A DNA stretch of 64,000 nucleotides from Vicinamibacteria bacterium (GTDB lineage Bacteria > Acidobacteriota > Vicinamibacteria > Marinacidobacterales > Marinacidobacteraceae). The stretch's first letter is position 1. The number at the start of each line of letters is the position of its first letter. Below, piece after piece: positions 38,128 to 47,981 of the stretch. The notes under the pieces were generated by a model. The model was given only the letters and a program-made list of their open reading frames with translations, searched no databases and was not told where the DNA came from. The stretch covers positions 896,001 to 960,000 of the forward strand of contig OY729431.1 in NCBI GenBank assembly GCA_963422395.1, given 5' to 3'. The position numbers and the translations under genes are program-made.

Positions 38128-38440
38128 TGCGTACGATCATCGCTCTCCCGGACGAACAGGCGAAACGGCTGGCCGAAGTGTGCCGGAGACAGGAGATTTC
38201 CCGAGCCGAGGGGGTCCGGCGCGCGGTCGCGCGGTACCTCGACGAACACCGACTGTCCGGCTCGTGCCGTTGGACGAGGCGGTGAGCGAGCTGGCGGTCG
38301 TCATCCGGCGCAAGCATCGCATTCGCCTCCCCGACGCCATCGTCTGGGCCAGCGCCACCGCATCGAAGCCCTGCTCGTGACCCGGAACACTCGGGATTTC
38401 CCGGCGGACGATCCGGGCGTCCGGATGCCGACTCGATCTG
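38127..38440 (+). pseudogene. Internally deleted vapBC toxin-antitoxin locus (RHH antitoxin N-terminus joined to PIN toxin C-terminus)
   Basis: VRTIIALPDEQAKRLAEVCRRQEISRAEGVRRAV (CopG/RHH), then in other frames LDEAVSELAVVIRRKHRIRLPDAIVWASA and LLVTRNTRDFP (VapC end). Confidence 0.8.
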
Positions 38441-38466
38441 AAGTCGGTCTTCTCCCGCCTCCCGAT

Positions 38467-39075
38467 TCATCTGGACACTGGACTGGGGAGACGGACCCGG
38501 GCGATCTCCACGAACCGGCAGAGGGCGTTCGCGAGGCGCATCTGCCACGGGGTGCGGCACTCGGGCGCCAGCAGGGCGGGGCTCGCGACGATGGCGGCGA
38601 CGCAGCGGGCACGGGAGGTGGCCACATTCAGCCGGTTCAGACCGTAGTGGAACTCCATCCCGCGAGGCGCGTCCTCGGCGGTCGAATCGTCCGAATGGCG
38701 GCGGAACATTCGCGGTTCCAGTTGCACAACCGGCAGTGGTCCACCGGCTCGGGACAGGTGTCCGGCGGGTCCTGGACCCGTTCGAGAAACTGCTGCTTCA
38801 CCGAGCGGAGGAAGGCGGCGTAGTGGTCGTAGCGGAAGGTTTCCTTTCTCGGGTTCCTCCCCTGAGCACGAGGAACATGACCTCGGGCGCGGCTCCTTGC
38901 ACCCCGGCGAGCAGTTCGGAATAGACGCTGAGCTGCAAGACGGCGCCGGCCGTCGCGGAGCGGGCCAGCTTGGCGTCCATCGCTGCGTATGACCAGGCCC
39001 CCAGCAGGCTCGGACGCGCCATGCGGAGCAGGAAGTCGGGGGACCCGTCCCAGGCGTCGGCTGCGAGGAATCCTG
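38467..39075 (-). pseudogene. TM0106-family RecB-like nuclease / DNA2-like helicase remnant with frameshifts and a large central deletion
   Basis: PDFLLR...WSY..MDAKLARSATAGAVLQLSVYS (PD-(D/E)xK), then PEPVDHCRLCNWNREC, joined to the helicase C-terminus APRGMEF..LNRLNVATSRAR...QMRLANALC. Confidence 0.78.
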
Positions 39076-39511
39076 TCCCGCCGCCGCTCAGAGTGCTCTC
39101 GCCGGCGGATGGTCGCCGGCGCGGCTCGGGATCTCGCCCTCTACCGGCACGAGGCGCTGGATTTCGGCGATCCGGTTCTGCGTGATGTTCACGGTGTCGA
39201 GATGATGGAGGAAAACCCATTGCTCCCGTGGGGATTCGAGGAAGTCATCACCGAAGAGTCGTTCCATCGGCTCGAATCGGCGTTTCTTCGTTTCATGAGA
39301 CCGATTGCAAGCGTTTCCTCATGATCCTGCGTATGGCTGGATTCCGTGGATGCGTCCAGGATTCGTTCACGGAATACCGTCGATTTCGGCGACATCCTCT
39401 ATCGGACCTTGGGCGCACAGCGCACGAATCCGGCGCACCGGCTGTATGGGGGGCGCTCCCAGCATTCCAGACTACTGGCGGAGGGATAGCATTCCTCCCG
39501 TGGGTTTTTCG

Positions 39512-40366
39512 ATGCCGGGCGGGCCTCGCACACTTCCCGTCTTTTCCGCTCTCGCCCTCGCGGTGCTCGCTTGCAGCGCTCCGCAGGCGCCGCCCGAGCC
39601 GGCACCCTCCCTCGGGCCCGAAACAGTGGCCGGCTGGCGGATGGTGGACCTGAGCCATCCCTACGGGGAAGACACGCTCTACTGGCCGACCGACGCCCGC
39701 GGCTTCGAGCTCGCTGCGCTGGCCGAAGGAAGGACGAAAGCGGGGTTCTTCTATGCCGCGAAGGAATTCGCCTCCGCCGAGCACGGGGGGACCCACCTGG
39801 ATGCGCCGTATCACTTCGACGAAGACGGCGCGTTCGTCGGGGAGATCCCGCTCCGCCGGCTGATCGCCCCCGGGGTGGTGATCGATGGAAGCGCTGAGGC
39901 CGAGGCCGATCCGGACTATCGGATGAGCGCCGAGGACATCCGCGCCTGGGAGGAAATCCACGGCGCGATTCCTGCCGGGGCTGCGGTGCTCTTCCGCACC
40001 GGCTGGGCGGACCGCTGGCCCGATCCGCTCGGCTATCTGGGCGGCGGCGAGCCGGGCAGTGCGGCGAACCTGCACTTCCCGGGGCTCGGCGAGGACGCGA
40101 TGCGCCTCCTGGCGGCGCGCGAAGTCGGCCTCGTCGGGATCGACACCGCGAGCGTGGATCACGGGCCCTCCACCGATTTCATCGTCCACCAGCTGGGCGG
40201 TGCCGCCGGAATTCCCAATCTGGAGAATGTCGGGGACCTCTCGGAGCTTCCGCCGACGGGTTTCCTGCTGATCGCCCTGCCGATGAAGATCGAGAAGGGC
40301 ACCGGCGCTCCGGTCCGGATCGTGGCGCTCATTCCGCCCGGCAGAGCCGGATCGGATTCGAACTGA
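39512..40366 (+). CDS. Cyclase family (kynurenine formamidase-like) lipoprotein
   Basis: LAC lipobox; DLSH, EHGGTHLDAP, FRTGW, GIDTASVD and GTGAPVR motifs. Confidence 0.9.
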   Translation: MPGGPRTLPVFSALALAVLACSAPQAPPEPAPSLGPETVAGWRMVDLSHPYGEDTLYWPTDARGFELAALAEGRTKAGFFYAAKEFASAEHGGTHLDAPYHFDEDGAFVGEIPLRRLIAPGVVIDGSAEAEADPDYRMSAEDIRAWEEIHGAIPAGAAVLFRTGWADRWPDPLGYLGGGEPGSAANLHFPGLGEDAMRLLAAREVGLVGIDTASVDHGPSTDFIVHQLGGAAGIPNLENVGDLSELPPTGFLLIALPMKIEKGTGAPVRIVALIPPGRAGSDSN

Positions 40367-40475
40367 GCCGGATCGAACCCGGACAGAGCGCGCTGGGCGG
40401 TCCCCGCATTTCGCCGCTTCCTCCGCCGGGGTCTCTCAGCGGGCGGCGGTTTCCGAACCGCATCCCTCGACCCGG

Positions 40476-41876
40476 GTGACCGAAACTCCTCCGCCGAGAT
40501 CGGGTCGGTTCGCGCTTCTACTCGAAGCGCTGCGCGGCTCGAACCGGGACCTGACCTCGGGCCCGCTCGCCCCGGCGGTGTTCGTCCTCGCAGTGCCGAT
40601 GGCGCTCGAAATGGTGGGGGAGTCCATCTTCGCGGTCGTGGACGCTTTTTTCATTTCGCGGCTCGGAGCGCCCGCGCTCGCTTCGTCGGGACTCACCGAA
40701 ACCGCGCTCGATCTCGTGTACGCGGTGGCCATCGGTTTTTCGATCGCGGTCACCGCGGTGGTCTCCCGCCGCTGCGGCGAAGGAGACCGGCGGGGGGCGG
40801 CGCGCACCGGAGTCCAGGCGATCGGACTCGGGCTCGCAGCTTCGCTCGGGCTCGGGGCGCTCGGGGTGGTCTTCGCCCCCCAGGTGCTGATGCTCATGGG
40901 AGCCGACGCCGAGACGGTCGCGATCGGCGTTCCGCACGCCCGGATCATGTACGCCGGGATGGCGACGATCATCCTGCTCTTCCTCAACAACGCGATCCTG
41001 CGGGGAGCAGGCGATGCGCAGGCGGCGATGCGGGCGCTGTGGCTCTCGAACGCGATCAACATCGTGCTGGACCCCTGCCTGATCTTCGGGCTCGGGCCGT
41101 TCCCCGAACTGGGTCTTCCGGGTGCGGCAGTGGCGACCACCATCGGGCGCGGAACCGGAGTGATCTACCAGTTCTGGGTGCTCGCCCGCGGCTCGCGCCT
41201 CCGCATCCGCTCGGAAGACCTCCGGGTGCAGTGGGCGGTGCTGCGGAATCTCTGCCGGGTGTCGGTGGGCGGCGTCGGCCAGATGCTCGCCGACATGCTG
41301 CCCTGGATCCTGCTGATCCGGATCATCGCCAGCTTCGGCACCGTGGCGGTGGCGGGCTGGGTGATCGCCATCCGGGTGGCGCTCTTCGTGATCCTGCCCT
41401 GCTGGGGCCTCTCGAACGCCGCCTCGACCCTCGTCGGACAGAACCTCGGCGCCGGGAAACCGGAACGCGCCGAGCGCGCGGTGTGGATCACCGGGGGCTG
41501 GAACATGGCGTTCATGGGGGTGGTGACCGGCCTCTTCGTGGTTTTCGCGCCCGAGATCGCAGCGTTCTTCAGCGCCGACCCTGCGGTGCGGGCCATCGCC
41601 GCCACCGCGCTGCGGATAGTGAGCTACGGGTATGTCTTCTACGCTTGGGGGATGGTGACCCGGCAGGCGTTCAACGGGGCGGGGGACACCCGCACTCCGA
41701 CCGTGATCGACTTCGTCTGCTTCTGGCTCTTCGAAATCCCGCTCGCCTGGCTGCTCTCCCGCACCGCGCTCGGGGTCGATGGAATCTTCTGGGCGGTCGC
41801 CATCGCCTACTCGCTCTCTGCAGTGGTCAGCACCCTGTGGTTCCGCCGGGGCGGCTGGAAGACGCAGCAGGTCTGA
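40476..41876 (+). CDS. MATE family efflux transporter
   Basis: About 12 TM segments; LAVPM, RGAGD, NIVLDP, VGQNLGAG and FNGAGDT motifs. Confidence 0.92.
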   Translation: MTETPPPRSGRFALLLEALRGSNRDLTSGPLAPAVFVLAVPMALEMVGESIFAVVDAFFISRLGAPALASSGLTETALDLVYAVAIGFSIAVTAVVSRRCGEGDRRGAARTGVQAIGLGLAASLGLGALGVVFAPQVLMLMGADAETVAIGVPHARIMYAGMATIILLFLNNAILRGAGDAQAAMRALWLSNAINIVLDPCLIFGLGPFPELGLPGAAVATTIGRGTGVIYQFWVLARGSRLRIRSEDLRVQWAVLRNLCRVSVGGVGQMLADMLPWILLIRIIASFGTVAVAGWVIAIRVALFVILPCWGLSNAASTLVGQNLGAGKPERAERAVWITGGWNMAFMGVVTGLFVVFAPEIAAFFSADPAVRAIAATALRIVSYGYVFYAWGMVTRQAFNGAGDTRTPTVIDFVCFWLFEIPLAWLLSRTALGVDGIFWAVAIAYSLSAVVSTLWFRRGGWKTQQV

Positions 41877-42004
41877 TCCCCCTTCTGCGTACCGGACTCG
41901 CGCTCCCCGCCGGGCTCTGATCTGCCGTGCTCTGATCCGCTGCCCGAGTTCAGCGGACGGAGATTCGCTCGCCTCCGAAGCGAGCGCTTCCCTCGGGAGG
42001 CCTG

Positions 42005-44131
42005 CTATGGGCTTCCCGCCGTCGTTCGTTCGGCGAGGCCGAGCAGGAACGAGTAGATCTCGGCGATTTCCTCGAGGCCGCGGTAGCGGCCGGAGCGGCC
42101 GCCGTGACCGGCATCGAGATTCGTTCGCAGCACGATGACCGCGTCGGGGTTCGTATTCCGCTCCCGGAGCCTTTGGACCCACTTCGCGGGTTCCCAGAAC
42201 TGCACCTGCGAATCGTGGAGGCCGCTGGTCGCGAAGAGGTGCGGCAGGGCGGCCTGGGGGATGTTCTCCTGCGGGGCGTAGCCGGCGAGGAGCTCGAAGA
42301 ACTCCTTCCGGTTCGGATCGCCCCACTCGTCGTATTCGGCGGTGGTCAGCGGGAGGTCCGGGTCCAGCATCGTGTTCAGCACATCCACGAAGGGGACCAT
42401 CGCCACCAGACCGGCGAAGAGTGCCGGTTCCTCGTTCAGCACCGCGCCCATCAGCAGCCCGCCGGCGCTGCCGCCCATGGCGAACAGCCGCTCGGGGTCG
42501 CCGAGCCCGCGTTTTCGCAGGTGGCGGGCGCAGGCGATGAAGTCCTGGAAGGTGTTGCACTTCCGGTGTTGTCTGCCCGCCTCGTACCAGGCGCGCCCCA
42601 GCTCTTGCCCGCCGCGGACATGGGCGATGGCGAAGGTGAAACCGCGGTCGAGGAGGCTGAGCCTCGTGCGGGAGAAAGCGGGGTCCATGGGGATGCCGTA
42701 GGCCCCGTATCCGTAGAGGAGGAGCGGGGTCTCGCTCGCCGGCGGATGGTCCCGGTGATGGACGAGCGAGATCGGGATCCGCACGCCGTCCTCCGCGGGA
42801 GCGGACAGGAGGCGCACCCGGTAGCGGGCCGGATCGAAGTTCGGGACTTCCTCCCGCTTCAACACCCGGCGGCGACCCGTCGTCAACGAGACCGCGAGGG
42901 TGGTCGGCGGGGTTTTCGGGGTGCTCACCACCACCCGGACCGCCGCCGCGCCGGGCTCGGGATTCTCCTCCTCGTCGAGGGCCCGCACCGGTCCTGGAAG
43001 GCGGACTTCGCGGGATGCGCCGGTCCTCCAGTCCACGAGCCGCAGCGTCTGGCGCCCGCTCCGCCGCTCGAAGAGCGCGAGGTGGCTCTCGAATAGCGCG
43101 AAGCCCTCCAGCGGGACTCCCTCCCGCGCCGGGATCCGATCCGTCCAGGCCTCCGGGTTTCCCGGATCGGATTCGGGCGCCTCGACCAGGCGGAAGTCGG
43201 GTGCGTCCCGGTTGGTACGGATCCAGAAGCGGCTCCGGAAGTGGTCCAGCTCGAACTCGTGCGGGCCGCCGCGGGCGACGATCCGGCGTGGCGCGGCCTC
43301 GGGGTCGCTGCTCGGAATCCCCCAGGCTTCGGCGCGGTCGGTCTGCTCACAGTGGAGCAAGAGGAGTTCCCGAGAGCGGCTCTCCGAAACCATGACGGAA
43401 AAAGTCTCGTCGCTCTCTTCGTAGGCGATCTCGTCCTGCTCCGCCGGGGTGCCGAGCCGGTGGCGCATCACCCGGAACCAGCGCAGGGTTCCGGGGTCGA
43501 TGCTGGTGTAGAGCACCGTGGCGCCGTCGCGGGCCCAGACCAGGTTCGGCGCCGCCCCCGAAATCCGGTCTTCGAGCACCCGGCCGGTCCGGGTGTCGAG
43601 GAAGCGGAACTCGTAGCGGCGGCGGCCCACGGTGTCGGCGGCGTAGGCGAGGATCCGGTGATCCGGCGAGATTTCCAGCGCCCCCAGATCGAAGTAGCCG
43701 TCCGCCGACTCGCCGTGCGCCTCGCGCGCCAACCGGTTTCCGTCGAGCAGGAGCTGCTCCGGCCCGGCCCGGCCGCGTCCCCGGTTTTTCACTGTTGTTT
43801 TCGCCGGACGCCGGCAGAACACCGGGTATTCCTCGCCCCGCCGGTAGCGCGCGTAGTAGAGGAACGGACCGTGGCGGACGGGGGGGGAAGCGGAATCGGG
43901 AACGATGCGCGCCTTCATCTCGGCGAGGACCGCCTTCCGGATGCCGTCCCAGGGTGCGAGGCAGCGCTCGGTCCAGGCATTCTCCGCCTCCAGGTGGCGG
44001 AGCACTTCGGGGTCCTCCCGGTTTCGGATCCACGCCCAGGGATCGCTCCAGACCCTTCCGAACTTCTCCCGCCGGACCGGCCGCCGCGCGGCCACCGGAG
44101 GAGTGGGCGGAGGAGTCCCGGTCCCGGCCAT
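42005..44131 (-). CDS. ptrB: Oligopeptidase B (S9A)
   Basis: DPWAW..., YGYGAYG, HVRGG, GGSAGGLL, VPFVDV, EYDEWGDP, HDSQV and GHGG motifs. Confidence 0.92.
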   Translation of the reverse strand: MAGTGTPPPTPPVAARRPVRREKFGRVWSDPWAWIRNREDPEVLRHLEAENAWTERCLAPWDGIRKAVLAEMKARIVPDSASPPVRHGPFLYYARYRRGEEYPVFCRRPAKTTVKNRGRGRAGPEQLLLDGNRLAREAHGESADGYFDLGALEISPDHRILAYAADTVGRRRYEFRFLDTRTGRVLEDRISGAAPNLVWARDGATVLYTSIDPGTLRWFRVMRHRLGTPAEQDEIAYEESDETFSVMVSESRSRELLLLHCEQTDRAEAWGIPSSDPEAAPRRIVARGGPHEFELDHFRSRFWIRTNRDAPDFRLVEAPESDPGNPEAWTDRIPAREGVPLEGFALFESHLALFERRSGRQTLRLVDWRTGASREVRLPGPVRALDEEENPEPGAAAVRVVVSTPKTPPTTLAVSLTTGRRRVLKREEVPNFDPARYRVRLLSAPAEDGVRIPISLVHHRDHPPASETPLLLYGYGAYGIPMDPAFSRTRLSLLDRGFTFAIAHVRGGQELGRAWYEAGRQHRKCNTFQDFIACARHLRKRGLGDPERLFAMGGSAGGLLMGAVLNEEPALFAGLVAMVPFVDVLNTMLDPDLPLTTAEYDEWGDPNRKEFFELLAGYAPQENIPQAALPHLFATSGLHDSQVQFWEPAKWVQRLRERNTNPDAVIVLRTNLDAGHGGRSGRYRGLEEIAEIYSFLLGLAERTTAGSP

Positions 44132-44233
44132 GAGCGCCGGAAGGGTAGCCGCGCTTTCCGGTGCCGCCGCCTTCCTCGTCCGGCTGGAAACTCCTTCCGG
44201 ACGAAACCTGCGTAAAGCCCTTCCCGGTGATGG

Positions 44234-46666
44234 CTATGCGGGGTCGAGCCGCAGGCGGTGTTCGGTAACCGATTCGACTTTGCCGCGGGTGTAGGCGAGC
44301 GGGAAGTACTGGTGGCGGACCCAGAGTTCGAACAGGTCGCGGTAGTGGGGGCTTTGCGGGTCGCCTGCCTGGCCGGGGGCGCTGGTGGCGACCGAGTTGT
44401 CCCAGTTCGAGGGGTCGAGGATCACCCGGAAACTGCCGCCCGAGCGCTGGTTGTCGCCGGCGCCGGTGTTGTTGACGGTGGATTCGTAACCGCCGCGCGG
44501 ATACGGGCCGACCTCCAGCAGCGCACGGGTCTCCTCGTTCACCGCCTCCGCGAGGTAGTGGGTGATGTGGACATGCTTCATGGCCTGCTGGCCGTAGCGC
44601 CAGTTCGCCCGGTCGTCGCCGAGCCGCTCGCGGACATCCTGGACCCCGTCGGCGAACGCTTCGAGCAGCAGCTCGTCCCGCGCCCCGGTCGGGTCGTTCC
44701 CGAAGCGGCCGTCGGGGGCCAGCAGGTGGTCGAGCATCCGCTTCTTGTTCATACCCCGGAGCAGGCCGCGCACCGTCTCGGGAAGGAAGAGATCGCGCAT
44801 CGCTGCCGAAACCCGGCGCTCGAAGTGCAGATAGAGGGTCGCCGCCACCGATTCCTCGTCCATCACGAAATCCCAGGCGGCGAGCGCGTCTCGCTCCGGG
44901 CTCGCTTCGGGCTCGGCGAGCAGGAGCAGCGGGACGAGGTTTCGCGCCACCACGCTCAGCTCGTCATGCTGATACGCCATCATGTCCTGGACGGTGTGGC
45001 GCCGGCCGTTGCGCATCAGCTCGTCCACCCGGAGTCCGCGCATTTCATCGCCCCAGGTGAAGTGGAGCGCCTCGGGATGGGGATAGTGCGATGCAACCGC
45101 CGGAGCCATCAGGTTGTTCGCGGTGCCCCAGAAGCCCTTCTCGGGGTTCTCGACCGAGGGGAGCGCCTTGATGGGGAGAAATCCCTGCCATTCGTAGCGC
45201 CCGTCGCCGGGTACCGGGACCAGTCCGCTCCAGTTCGCGTTCCGGATCGGAGAGATCCCCACTGCCTGGTAGCCGATGTTGCCGTCCACATCGCCCCAGA
45301 TCATGTTCTCGGCGGGAATGCCGCTGTAGTTGCATGCCTCGACGAACTCTTCCCAGGTCTGGGCCTGGTCCATCCGCAGGCTGGCCAGATAGGGGGCGTT
45401 CCCGATTTCCAGCCAGGCGGCGCGGAGCGCGTACGCCTTGTGATTCTCCGTGTCTTCGTACAGCACTGGCCCGTGCCGGGTGTATTTGAGCGTCGCCCGG
45501 TGGTCGTCCTGCCCCTCGACCGCGATCGTCTCGGTGCGCACGGTCATGGCTTCCCATTCTCCGAGGTATCGATACTGGTTCGGGTCGGCCGGGTTCGTGT
45601 CATAGACCATCAGGTCCTCGTTGTCCTGTCCGAACACCGTGAGACCCCAGCCGCCCTTCCGGTTGTGGCCGATGGAAAGGCCGGGGAGCACCGGTTCGCC
45701 CCCGCCGATGACATGCCATCCCGGCGCTTCGAGGTGCACGAAGTACCGCAGCGAGGGCGCCACGATGGAGCGGTGCGGGTCGTTCACGATGAGCGGCAGC
45801 CCGGTCCAGGTGCGTTCGCCGTGGACGACCCAGTTGTTCGAGCCGATGTGTTCGCCGCGCGCCGCCAGGTTCAGTTCGGAGGGGAACTCCTCGAGCAGCG
45901 CCTGCCGTTCCGCGCCGCGGTTCCGATACTCCTCGGCGACTTGGTCGGGTCGGAAGACGACCGGGCTGCGGAAGGCGCGGTAGATGTCCAGGATCTCCGG
46001 TTCGAGCAGCGAGCCGTCGATGGCGGGATCGAGTTCGAGCTGGGGCGTTCCCGGGCGGAACCACTCCATTTCGGCGAGTGCGTCGGCGCCGATCGCGGCT
46101 ACCGCCATTCCGTATCTCAGCTCCTGGTTCGCATTCGACAAGAGGCCCTGGTGGCGGGAGATCACCACTTCCTCGGTCCAGGGTTCGGGAAGGATGCCGA
46201 GCAGCCGGAACTCGAGCGGCAGCGAATCCGGTTCCTGCCGGGCCTGGGCGACGGCGGCGTTCACCCCCCGGACGAACGCGGGGATGATCCGGTCGCCGCG
46301 GGGGTGGTACCAGCGCATCTCCTCGCCCAGGTCCTTGCGGAACCGGTGGAGCCTGGTTCCGATGTCGCGCTCGATCTCCGATGGCCCGAGGATCTCCGCC
46401 ACCGTGCCGGTCGCCTGCCGGCGCCACATCTCGAACTGGAAGAGCCGGTTCTCCGCGGCGCGGTACCCTTGGGCGAAGAACAGGTCGTCCTCGTTCTCCG
46501 CGTAGATGTGGTCGATTCCCCAGCGGTCGGTCAGCACCTCGACGGAGGCGCCGAGCCCTTCGACCTCGCGGGTCTCCTCTTGGGCGGAACCAGCCGAGGC
46601 CAGAAGAGCACCGAGCGCGAAGAGTCCTCCGATGGGGAGCAGGGAATGTCGGGGGTGCGAATTCAT
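44234..46666 (-). CDS. Penicillin acylase family (S45 Ntn-hydrolase)
   Basis: Signal peptide; DRWGIDHIYA, RLFQFE, GSNNWVV (N-terminal nucleophile Ser), NDPH, GTANN and PGQAG motifs. Confidence 0.92.
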   Translation of the reverse strand: MNSHPRHSLLPIGGLFALGALLASAGSAQEETREVEGLGASVEVLTDRWGIDHIYAENEDDLFFAQGYRAAENRLFQFEMWRRQATGTVAEILGPSEIERDIGTRLHRFRKDLGEEMRWYHPRGDRIIPAFVRGVNAAVAQARQEPDSLPLEFRLLGILPEPWTEEVVISRHQGLLSNANQELRYGMAVAAIGADALAEMEWFRPGTPQLELDPAIDGSLLEPEILDIYRAFRSPVVFRPDQVAEEYRNRGAERQALLEEFPSELNLAARGEHIGSNNWVVHGERTWTGLPLIVNDPHRSIVAPSLRYFVHLEAPGWHVIGGGEPVLPGLSIGHNRKGGWGLTVFGQDNEDLMVYDTNPADPNQYRYLGEWEAMTVRTETIAVEGQDDHRATLKYTRHGPVLYEDTENHKAYALRAAWLEIGNAPYLASLRMDQAQTWEEFVEACNYSGIPAENMIWGDVDGNIGYQAVGISPIRNANWSGLVPVPGDGRYEWQGFLPIKALPSVENPEKGFWGTANNLMAPAVASHYPHPEALHFTWGDEMRGLRVDELMRNGRRHTVQDMMAYQHDELSVVARNLVPLLLLAEPEASPERDALAAWDFVMDEESVAATLYLHFERRVSAAMRDLFLPETVRGLLRGMNKKRMLDHLLAPDGRFGNDPTGARDELLLEAFADGVQDVRERLGDDRANWRYGQQAMKHVHITHYLAEAVNEETRALLEVGPYPRGGYESTVNNTGAGDNQRSGGSFRVILDPSNWDNSVATSAPGQAGDPQSPHYRDLFELWVRHQYFPLAYTRGKVESVTEHRLRLDPA

Positions 46667-46766
46667 GGTGTGACTCCTGGCAGCTCGGAGCTCGGCTGCG
46701 GGCCGGCGATGATACGGGTTCGCCGCCCGGATGCCGCCCCCCGCTGATACCGTCGCGCGCCGTTCG

Positions 46767-47981
46767 ATGGCCTCTCCTTTCCGGCGGCTGCCCTCGCTGG
46801 GCGCGCTGATGCTCCTCGGAATGGTCGCCGGGGCCATCGCCGGCGCCGTCTTGGGCGAGCGCGCCGCTTCCCTCGCCTTCCTCGGCGACATCTTCATCCG
46901 GCTGCTGACCCTGGTCGCCGTTCCGCTCGTCTTCTTCAACCTGGCAGCGGCGCTGGCGTCGTTCTCCGCTGCAGAGCGGATGGGCCGCCTCACCCTGCGG
47001 ATCGGGACTTTCTTCCTGCTGACCACGGCGGCGGCGCTTCTCGGGTCGCTTGCGGTGGTGGGGCTCCTCGCTCCCGGCGCCGAGCTCGTCCCGCCGGCTT
47101 CCGGCGGGTCCCCCGCGTCGGTCACGATTCCGCAGTTCGCCGACTTCCTCTTCGCGCTGGTGCCGGACAATGTGTTCGGGGTCTTCGTGGACGGCCGCAT
47201 CACCGCCGTCGTCGTCCTGGGGCTGATGGTGGGACTGGCGGCGCGTCGGCTGGAACGCGAGCAGCGCGGCGAGGTCGTGCGTTTCCTCTCGGGGACGACC
47301 GCGCTGCTTCGGCAACTGGTGGCCGGGGTCCTCTGGGTGGGGCCGATCGGGGTCGCGGCGCTCGCCGCGGGAAGCGTCGGCGAGCACGGAAGTGCGGTAT
47401 TCGGGCCGCTCGGCATCTATATTGCCGCTGTGTGGATCGCCGACGGGGCGATCTTCGTTCTCTATTTCGTCGTCCTGCGCTGGCGCGCCGGCATCTCCCC
47501 GCTGGTGTTCGTGCGGCGGACGGCGACCGTGTGGACGACTACCGTCTCCACCTGCAGCAGCCTCGCCAGCCTCGGTGCTTCGCTGGACGCCGCCGAGCGC
47601 ATGGGGCTGCCCCGCCGGATCTATGCCTTCACTCTTCCGCTCGGCGCCCAGTGCAACAAGGATGGGAGCGCAGTGCTGCTCGCGGGAATCGTCCTGTTCA
47701 CCGCGCAGGCGACGGGAGTGTCCCTCGGCTTTTCCGAGATCGCCGCGGTGGTGCTGCTCGGCGTGCTGCTTTCGGCCGCCGCTCCCGGAGTTCCGGGCGG
47801 CGGCCTCGTGAACCAGTTCCTCCTGCTCCGGGCTTTCGGCCTGCCCGTGGAGATCGGCGTGCTGGTGGCGGGGATCTATCGCCTCGTGGACATGCCGACC
47901 ACCACCGCCAACATCCTCGGCGATCTCGTCGGAACCCTGGTGGTGAGCGGCGGCGAGAGAAGGGAGTCCGAAAGTGCCTGA
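46767..47981 (+). CDS. Dicarboxylate/amino acid:cation symporter (DAACS)
   Basis: TCSSLASL, LPLGAQCNKDG, PGVPGGG and DMPTTTANILGD motifs. Confidence 0.88.
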   Translation: MASPFRRLPSLGALMLLGMVAGAIAGAVLGERAASLAFLGDIFIRLLTLVAVPLVFFNLAAALASFSAAERMGRLTLRIGTFFLLTTAAALLGSLAVVGLLAPGAELVPPASGGSPASVTIPQFADFLFALVPDNVFGVFVDGRITAVVVLGLMVGLAARRLEREQRGEVVRFLSGTTALLRQLVAGVLWVGPIGVAALAAGSVGEHGSAVFGPLGIYIAAVWIADGAIFVLYFVVLRWRAGISPLVFVRRTATVWTTTVSTCSSLASLGASLDAAERMGLPRRIYAFTLPLGAQCNKDGSAVLLAGIVLFTAQATGVSLGFSEIAAVVLLGVLLSAAAPGVPGGGLVNQFLLLRAFGLPVEIGVLVAGIYRLVDMPTTTANILGDLVGTLVVSGGERRESESA

